Below, one piece after another: positions 53,301 through 64,000 of a stretch of DNA of 64,000 nucleotides. Both the position numbers and the translations under genes were made by a program. Source of the stretch: the human T2T-CHM13v2.0 reference genome, Homo sapiens. Position 1 is the first letter of the stretch, and every line of letters starts with the position of its first letter. Where the stretch lies: assembly GCF_009914755.1 (NCBI RefSeq), contig NC_060928.1; one strand, given 5' to 3'. The notes below the pieces were generated by a model. That model saw nothing but the letters and a program-made list of their open reading frames with translations. It made no database searches and was not told the origin of the DNA.

Positions 53301-56300
53301 TTGCTTTGATACTTTATATACAGTATATAATACATACTTTGGGTACTTTTATATTTTATGTACAGTATATAATACATAGTTTGGGTACTTTGATATATTT
53401 TGTACAGTATATAATACATACTTTGGGTACTTTGATATATTATGTACAGTATATAATACATACTTTGGGTACTTTCATATTTTATGTACACTATATAATA
53501 TATAGTTTGGGTACCTTGATATTTTATGTACAGTATATAATACATACTTTGGGTATTTTGATATTTTATGTACAGTATATAATATATAGTTTGGGTACTT
53601 TGATATTTTATGTACAGTATATAACACATACTTTCGGTACTTTCATATTTTATGTAGAGTATATAGTTTGAGTACTTTGATATTTTATGTACAGTTCATT
53701 ATAAATGTTTGGGTGCTTTCATATTTTATGTACAGTATATAATACATACTGTGGGCACTTTGATATTTTATGTAGAGTATATAATACATACTTTGGGTAC
53801 TTTGATATTTTATGTACAGTATATAATACATACTTTGTGTACTTTGATATTTTATGTACAGTATATAATACATACTTTGGGTACTTTGATATTTTATGTA
53901 CAGTATATAATACATACTTTGGGTACTTTCATATTTTATGTACAGTGTATAATATATAGTTTGGGTACTTTGATATTTCATCTACAGTATATAATACATA
54001 CTTTGGTTACTTTGATATTTTACGTACAGTATACAATTTATTGTTTGAGTACTTTGATATTTTATGTCCAGTATAAAATATATAATTTTGGTACTTTGAT
54101 ATTTTATGTACAGTATATAGATTGACTACTTTGATATTTTATGTCCAGTTTATTCATTTTTCGTTACTTTCATATTTTATGTACAGCATATAATACATAC
54201 TTTGGGCACTTTGATATTTTATGTACAGTATATAATACATACTATGGGTACTTTGATATTTTATGTACAGTATATAATACATACTTTGGGTACTTTTATA
54301 TTTTATGTACAGTATATAATACATATTTTGTGTACTTTGATATTTTATGTACAGTATATAAAACACACTTTGGGTACTTTGGTATGTTAAGTACAGTATA
54401 TAATGCATACTTTGGGTACTTTGATATTTTATGTATAGTATATAATACATACTTTGGGTACGTTGATATTTTATGTACAGTATATAATACATATTTTGGG
54501 AACTTTGATATTTTATGTACAGTATACAATATATATTTTGAGTACTTTGATATTTTATGTACAATTTATTATAAATGTTTGGGTACTTTCATATTTTATC
54601 TACAGTATATAATACATACTTTGGACACTTTGATATTTTATGTACAGTATATAATACATTCTTTGGGTTTTTTGATATTTTATGTACAGTATATAATACA
54701 TACTTTGGGTACTTTTATATTTTATGTACAGTATATTATACATACTTTGGGTACTTTTATATTTTATGTACAGTATATAATACATACTTTGGGTACTTTG
54801 ATATATTATGTACAGTATATAATACATACTTTGGGTACTTTCATATTTTATGTACACTATATAATATATAGTTTGGGTACCTTGATATTTTATGTACAGT
54901 ATATAATACATACTTTGGGTATTTTGATATTTTATGTACAGTATATAATATATAGTTTGGGTACTTTGATATTTTATGTACAGTATATAACACATACTTT
55001 CGGTACTTTCATATTTTATGTAGAGTATATAGTTTGAGTACTTTGATATTTTATGTACAGTTCATTATAAATGTTTGGGTGCTTTCATATTTTATGTACA
55101 GTATATAATACATACTGTGGGCACTTTGATATTTTATGTAGAGTATATAATACATACTTTGGGTACTTTGATATTTTATGTACAGTATATAATACATACT
55201 TTGTGTACTTTGATATTTTATGTACAGTATATAATACATACTTTGGGTACTTTGATATTTTATGAACAGTATATAATACATACTTTGGGTACTTTCATAT
55301 TTTATGTACAGTGTATAATATATAGTTTGGGTACTTTGATATTTCATCTACAGTATATAATACATACTTTGGTTATTTTGATATTTTACATACAGTATAC
55401 AATTTATTGTTTGAGTACTTTGATATTTTATGTCCAGTATAAAATATATAATTTTGGTACTTTGATATTTTATGTACAGTATATAGTTTGAGTACTTTCA
55501 TATTTTATGTACAGTTTATTATAAATGTTTGGGTACTTTCATATTTTATATACAGTATATAATACATACTTTGGGTACTTTGATATTTTATGTACAGTAT
55601 ATAATACATATTTGGGTACTTTTATATTTTATGTACAGTATATAATACATACTTTGGGCCCTTTGATATTTTATGTACAGTATACAATACATACTTTGGG
55701 TAATTTGATATTTTATGTACAGTATATAATACATACTTTGGGTACTTTGATATATTATGTGCAGTATATAATACATACTTTGGGTACCTTGATATTTTAT
55801 GTACAGGATATAATACATACTTTGGGTACTTTGAAATTTTATGTAAAGTATATAATCCATACTTTGGGTACTTTCATATTTTATGTACAGTATATAATAT
55901 ATACTATGGGTACTTTGATATTTTATCTACAGCATATAATACATACATTGGGTAATTTGATATTTTATGTACAGTATATAATACATACATAGGGTACTTT
56001 GATATTTTATGTACAGTATACAATGAATAGTTTGAGTACTTTGATATTTTATGTCCAGTATAAAATATATAATTTTGGTACTTTGATATTTTATGTACAG
56101 TACATAGATTGAGTTCTTTGATATTTTATGTACAGTTTATTATAAATGTTTGGGTACTTTCAAATTTTATGTACAGAATATAATACATACTTCGGGTACT
56201 TTGATATTTTATGTACAGTATATAATACATACTTTGGGCACATTGATATTTTATGTACAGTATTCAGTACATAATTTGGGTATTTTCATATTTTATGTAC

Positions 56301-59300
56301 AGCATATAATATATAGTTTGGGTACTTTCATATTTTATCTACAGCTTATAATACACACTTTGGGTACATTGATATTTTATGTACAGTATATAATACATAC
56401 TTAGGGTACTTTTATATTTTATGTACAGTATACAGTCTACAGTTTGAGTACTTTGATATTTTATATCCAGTATAAAATATATAGTTTTGGTACTTTGATA
56501 TTTTATGTACAGTATATAGTTTGAGTACTTTGATATCTAATGTACAGTTTATTATAAATGTTTGGGTACTTTCATATTTTATGTACAGTATATAATACAT
56601 ATTTTGGGCACTTTGATATTCTGTGTACAGTATACAGTACATACTTTGCGTACTTTGATATATTATGTATAGTATATAATACATAATATGGGTACTTTGA
56701 TATTTTATGTACAGTATATAATACATACTTTGGGTGCTTTGATACTTTATGTACAGTATAAAATACATACTTTGGGTACTTTTATATTTTATGTGCAGTA
56801 TATAATACATACTTTGGGCACTTTGATATTTTATGTACAGTATACAATACATACTTTGTGTACTTTGATATTTTATGTACAGTATATAATACATACTTTG
56901 GGTACTTTGATATTTTATGTACAGTATATAATACATACTTTGGGTACTTTCATATTTTATGTACAGTATATAATATATAGTTTGGGTACTTTGATATTGC
57001 ATCTACAGTATATAATGCATACTTTGGGTACTTTGATATTTTACGTACAGTATACAATATAATGTTTGAGTACTTTGATGTTTTATGTCCAGTATAAAAT
57101 ATATAATTTTGGAACTTTGATATTTTATGTACAGTATATAGTTTGAGTACTTTGATATTTTATGTACTGTTTATTATAAATGTTTGGGTACTTTCCTATT
57201 TTATGTACAGAATATAATACAGACTTTGGATACATTGATATTTTATGTACAGTATATAATACATACTTTGGGTACTTTTATATTTTATGTACAGTATATA
57301 ATACATATTTTGGGCCCTTTGATATTTTATGTACAGTATACAATACATACTTTGGGTACCTTGATATTTTATTTACAGTATATAATACATAATTTGGCTA
57401 CTTTGATATGTTAAGTACAGTATATAATGAATACTTTGGGTACCTTGATATTTTATGTACAGTATATAATACATAATTTGGCTACTTTGATATGTTAAGT
57501 ACAGTATATAATACATACTTTGGGTACTTTGATATTTTATGTACAGTATACATTATATATTTTGAGTACTTTGATATTTTATGTCCAGTATAAAATATAT
57601 AGTTTTCGTACTTTGATATTTTATGTACAGAATATAGTTTGAGTACTTTGATATTTTATGTACACTTTATTATAAATGTTTGGGTACTTTCATATTTTAT
57701 GTACAGTATATAATACATACTTTGGGCACTTTGATATTTTATATACAGTATATAATACATACTTTGGGTACTTTGATATTTTATGTACCGTATATAATAC
57801 ATACTTTGGGTACTTTTATATTTTATGTACAGTATATTATACATAATTTGGGTACTTTTATATTTTATGTACAGTATATAATACATACTTTGGGTACTTT
57901 GATATATTACGTACAGTACATAATACATACTTTGGGTACTTTGATATATTATGTACAGTATATAATACATACTTTGGGTACTTTCATATTTTATGTACAC
58001 TATATAGTATATAGTTTGGGTACCTTGATATTTTATGTACAGTATATAATACATACTTTGGGTACTTTGATATTTTATGTACAGTATATAATATATAGTT
58101 TGGGTACTTTGATATTTTATGTACAGTATATAACACATACTTTCGGTACTTTCATATTTTATGTACAGTATATAGTTTGAGTACTTTGATATTTTATGTA
58201 CAGTTTATTATAAATGTTTGGGTGCTTTCATATTTTATGTACATTATATAATACATACTTTGGGCAGTTTGATATTTTATGTAGAGTATATAATACATAC
58301 TTTGGGTACTTTGATATTTTATGTACAGTATATAATACATACTTTGGGTACTTTGATATTTTATGTACAGTACATAATACGTACTTTGGGTACTTTCATA
58401 TTTTATGTACAGTATATAATATATCGTTTGGGTACTTTGATATTTCATCTACAGTATGTAATACATACTTTGGTTACTTTGATATTTTACGTACAGTATA
58501 CAATATATTGTTTGAGTACTTTGATATTTTATGTCCAGTATAAAATGTATAATTTTGGTACTTTGATATTTTATGTACAGTATAATTTGAGTACTTTGAT
58601 ATTTTATGTACAGTTTATTATAAATGTTTGGATACTTTCATATTTTATATACAGTATATAATACATACTTTGGGTACTTTGATATTTTATGTACAGTGTA
58701 TAATACATATTTGGGTACTTTTATATTTTATGTACAGTATATAATACATACTTTGGGCCCTTTGATATTTTATGTACAGTATACACTACATACTTTGTGT
58801 ACTTTGATATTTTTTGTACAGTATATAATACATACTTTGGGTACTTTAATATGTTATGTCCAGTATATAATGCATACTTTGGGTACTTTGATATTTTATT
58901 TACAGTATATAATACATACTTTGGGTACTTTGATATTTTATTTACAGTATATAATACATACTTTGGGTACTTTGTTATTTTATGTACAGTATACAATATA
59001 TAGTTTGAGTACTTTGATATTTTATGTCCAGTATAAAATATATAGTTTTGGTAATTTGATATTTTATGTACAGTATATAGTTTGAGTACTTTGATATTTT
59101 ATGTACCGTTTATTATAAATGTTTGGGTACTATCATATTTTATGTACAGTATATAATACATACTTCGGGCACTTTGATATTTTATGTACAATATGTAATA
59201 CATACATTGGGTAATCTGATATTTTATGTACAGTATATAATATATACTTTGGGAACTTTGATATTTTATGTACCGTATATAATACATACTTTGGGTATGT

Positions 59301-62300
59301 TGATATTTTATGTACAGTATGTAATACATACTTTGGGTACTTTGATATTTTATGTACAGTACATAATACATATTTTGGGTATTTTTATATTTTATGTACA
59401 GTATATAATACATACTTTGGGTACTTTGATATATTATGTACAGTATATAATACATACTTTGGGTATTTTGATATATTATGTACAGTATATAATACATACT
59501 TTGGGTACTTTGATATTTTATGTACAGTATATAGTACATACTTTGGGTACTTTGATATTTTATGTACAGTATATAATACATACTTTGGGCACATTGATAT
59601 TTTATGTACAGTATTCAATACATACTTTGGGTATTTTCATATTTTATGTACAGTATATAATATATAGTTTGGGTACTTTGATATTTTATCTACTGCTTAT
59701 AATACACACTTTGGGTACTTTGATATTTTATGTACAGTATATAATACATACTTTGGGTACTTTGATATTTTATGTACAGTATAAAATCTATAGTTTGAGA
59801 ACTTTGATATTTTATGTCCAGTATAAAATATATAGTTTTGGAACTTTGATAATTTATGTACAGTAAATAGTTTGAGTACTTTGATATTTTATGTACAGTT
59901 TATTATAAATGTTTGGTTAGTTTTATATTTTATGTACAGTATATAATACATACTTTGGGCACTTTGATATTTTGTGTACAGTATACAATACATACTTTGG
60001 GTACTTTGATATATTATGTACAGTATATAATACATAATTTGGGTACTTTGATATTTTATGTACAGTATATAATACATACTTTGGGTGCTTTGATACTTTA
60101 TGTACAGTATATAATACATACTTTGGGTACTTTTATATTTTATGTACAGTATATAATACATACTTTGTGCACTTTGATATTTTATGTACAGTATACAATA
60201 CATACTTTGTGTGCTTTGAGGTTTTATGTACAGTATATAATACATACTTTGGGTACTTTGATATTTTATGTACAGTATATAATACATACTTTGGGTACTT
60301 TGATATTTTATGTACACTATATAAGATATAGTTTGGGTACTTTGATATTTCATCTACAGTATATAATATATACTTTGGTTACTTTGATATTTTACGTACA
60401 GTATACAATATAATGTTTGAGTACTTTGATGTTTTATGTCCAGTATAAAATATATAATTTTGGTACTTTGATATTTTATGTACAGTATATAGTTTGAGTA
60501 CTTTGATATTATATGTACAGTTTATTATAAATGTTTGGGTACTTTCAAATTTTATGTACAGAATATAATACATACTTTGGGCACTTTGATATTTTATGTA
60601 CAGTATACAATACATACTTTGGGTACCTTGATATTTTATGTACAGTATATAATACATAATTTGGCTACTTTGATATGTTAAGTACAGTATATAATGCATA
60701 CCTTTGGTACTTTGATATTTTATGTACAGTATAAAATACATACTTTGGGTACTTTGATATTTTATGTACAGTATATAAAACATACTTTGGGTACTTTGAT
60801 ATTTTATGTACAGTATACAATATATATTTTGAGTACTTTGATATTTTATGTCCAGTATAAAATATATACTTTTCGTACTTTGATATTTTATGTACAGATT
60901 ATAGTTTGAGTACTTTGATATTTTATGTACACTTTATTATAAATGTTTGGGTACTTTCATATTTTATGTACAGTATATAATACATACTTTGGGCACTATG
61001 ATATTTTATGTACAGTGTATAATACATTCCTTGGGTTCTTTGATATTTTATGTACAGTATATAATACATACTTTGGGTACGTTTATATTTTATGTACAGT
61101 ATATTATACATACTTTGGGTAATTTTATATTTTTTGTACAGTATATAATACACACTTTGGGTACTTTGATATATTATGTACAGTATATAATACATACTTT
61201 GAGTACTTTGATATATTATGTACAGTATATAATACATACTTTGGGTACTTTCATATTTTATGTACACTATATAATATATAGTTTGGGTACCTTGATATTT
61301 TATGTAGAGTATATAATACATACTTTGTGTACTTTGATATTTTATGTACAGTATATAATATATAGTTTGGGTACTTTGATATTTTATGTACCGTTTATAA
61401 GACATAGTTTTGGTACTTTTATATTGTATGTACAGTATATAGTTCGAGTACTTTGATATTTTATGTACAGTTTATTATGAATGTTTGGGTGCTTTCATAT
61501 ATTATGTACAGTATATAATACATATTTTGGGCACTTTGATATTTTATGTAGAGTATATAATACATACATTGGGTACTTTGATATTTTATGCACAGTATAT
61601 AATTCATACTTTGGGTAATTTGATATTTTATGTACAGTATATAATACATACTTTGGGTACTTTGATATTTTATGTGCAGTATATAGTACATACTTTGGGT
61701 ACTGTGATATTTTATGTACAGTATATAATACATACATTGGGCACATTGATATTTTATGTACAGTATTCAATACATACTTTGGGTATTTTCATATTTTATG
61801 TACAGTATATAATATATAGTTTGGGTACTTTGATATTTTATCTACAGCTTATAATACACACTTTGGGTACTTTGATATTTTATGTACAGTATATAATATA
61901 TAGTTTGGGTACTTTGATATTTTATGTATAGTATACAATACATATTTTGGGTACTTTGACGTTTTATGTACAGTATATAATACATACTTTGGTTACTTTG
62001 ATATTTTTTGTACAGTATATAATATATAGTTTGGGTACTTTGTTATTTTATGTATGGTATACAATATATAGTATTGGTATTTTGATATTTCATGTACAGT
62101 ATATAGTTTGTGTACTTTGATATTTTATGTACAGATTATTATAAATGTTTGGGTACTTTCATATTTTATGTACAGTATATAATACATAGCTTGGGTACTT
62201 TTATTTTATGTACAGTATATAATACATACATTGGGTACTTTGATATTTTATGTACAGTATATAATACATAATTTGGGTACTTTGATATTTTATGTACAGC

Positions 62301-64000
62301 ATGTAATATATACTATGGGTACTTTGATATTTTATGTACAGTATATAATACACACTTTGGGTACTTTGATATTTTATGTACAGTATATAATACACACTTT
62401 GGGTACTTTGATATATTATGTACAGTATATAATACATACTTTGTGTACTGTGATATATTATGTACAGTATATAATACATACTTGTGTACTTTGATATTTT
62501 GTGTACAGTGTATAATACACACTTTGTGTACTTTGATACTTTAAGTACAGTATATAATACATATTTTGGGTACTTTGATATTTTATGTACAGTATACAAT
62601 ACATACTTTGGGTAGTTTGATATTTTATGTACAGTATATAATACATACTTTAGGTACTTTGATATTTTATGTACAGTATATTATACATACTTTGGGTACT
62701 TTGATATTTTATGTACAGTATATAATACATACTTTGGGTACTTTGATATTTTATGTACAGTATGTAATACATACTTTGGGTACTTTCATATTTTATGTAC
62801 AGTATAGAATATATAGTTTGGGTGCTTTGATATTTATTTACAGCTGATAATACATACTTGGGGTACTTTCATATTTTATGTACAGTATATAATACATACT
62901 TTGGGTACTTTGATATTTTATGTACAGTATACAATATATAGTTTGAGTACTTTAATATTATTTGTCCAGTATAAAATATATAGTTTTGGTACTTTGATAT
63001 TTTATGTACAGTATATAGTTTGAATACTTTGATATTTTATGTACAGTTTATTATAAATGTTTGGGTACTTTCATATTTTATGTACAGTATATAATACATA
63101 GTTTGGGCACTTTGATATTTTATGTACAGTATGTAATACATACTTTGGGTAGTTTGATATTTTATGTACAGTATATTATACATACATTGGTAACTTTGAT
63201 ATATTATGTACCGTATATAATTCATACATTGGGTATGTTGATATTCTGTGTACACTATGTAATACATACCTTGGGTAGTTTGATATTTTATGTACAGTAT
63301 ATAATACATACTTTGGGCACTTTGATATTTTATGTACAGTATACAATACATACTTTGGGTACTTTGATATTTTATGTACAGTATATAATACATACTTTGG
63401 GTACTTTGATATTTTATGTACAGTATATAATGCATACTTTGGGTACTTTGATATTTTATGTACAGTATATAATACTTTGAGTACTTTGATATTTTAAGTA
63501 CAGTATATCATACATACTTTGGGTACTTTAATATTTTATGTACAGTATATAATATATAGTTTGGGTACTTTGATGTTTTATCTACAGCTTATAATACATA
63601 CATTGGGTACTTTGATATTTTATGTACAGTATATAATACATACTTTGGGTACTTTGATATTTTATGTACAGTATATAATATATAGTTTGAGTACTTTGAT
63701 ATTTTATGTCCAGTATAAAATATATAGTTTTGGTACTTTGATATTTTATGTACAGTATATAGTTTGAGTACTTTGATATTTGATGTACAGTTTATTATAA
63801 ATGTTTGTGTACTTTCATATTTTATGTAAAGTATATAATACATACTTTGGGCACTTTGATATTTTATGATCAGTATATAATACATACTTTGGGTACTTTG
63901 ATATTTTATGTACAGTATACTATATATAGTTTGCGTACTTTGTTTTTTTATGTACCGTATGCAATATATAGTATTGGTAATTTCATATTTCATGTACAGT
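47300..64000. repeat. Human satellite 1A (HSat1A / SAR), 42-bp AT-rich tandem repeat, running off the window end
   Basis: Consensus tttgggtactttgatattttatgtacagtatataatacatac (42 bp, 10/42 G+C); two GTAC (RsaI) sites per unit give the classical 17+25 bp pieces. Confidence 0.96.
53410..55500. repeat. Recent duplication in HSat1A with 1366-bp offset
   Basis: Rare variants (cagttcattataa, catactgtgggcac, atttcatctacag) recur at a 1366 offset; ORF pairs 53685/55051 and 53709/55075 are nearly identical. Confidence 0.85.

Noticed and set aside
47349-63993. ORFs with 14-aa repeats (LGTLIFYVQYIIHT, MYYILYIKYQSTQS) resembling membrane or repeat proteins
   Set aside because: They are translations of the 42-bp monomer (14 codons), appear on both strands, and break at 35/41-bp monomers
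47300-64000. TATA-box-like (tataaaa, tatata) motifs and a small tatgta..tacata hairpin in each monomer
   Set aside because: Expected by chance in 76% AT DNA; the 6-bp AT-rich stem is weak and there is no downstream gene
1-64000. Strand inversion within the satellite arrays
   Set aside because: Looked for and not found; each array keeps one orientation

Overview
Primate (most likely human or great-ape) heterochromatic satellite DNA. There are no genes and no unique sequence. From left to right: (1) ~1-46.6 kb is diverged human satellite III, (CATTC)n on the + strand with no inversion. It is a mosaic of two sequence dialects: a CACTC-rich, G/CpG-poor type (1-17.2k, 17.9-21.2k, 36.9-46.6k) and a CGATTC/GAGTC/CAGTC-rich type (17.2-17.9k, 21.2-36.9k). 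(2) From 37.2 to 46.6 kb the pentamer array is punctuated by 28 copies of one ~64-bp antisense Alu 3'-end fragment. These fall into recognisable variants ordered A-B-C-(E/D/F), forming a ~1.5-2.1 kb composite higher-order unit. This is the most unusual feature of the window. (3) About 10 monomers of 68-bp beta satellite (46.6-47.3 kb). (4) AT-rich 42-bp HSat1A/SAR to the end of the window. Both beta-satellite junctions show microhomology or homeology. The HSat3-beta-HSat1A arrangement suggests an acrocentric short arm (inference). All ORFs in the track are artefacts of stop-poor repeats. Coordinates were read by eye and may be a few bases off; dialect boundaries may be off by tens of bases.
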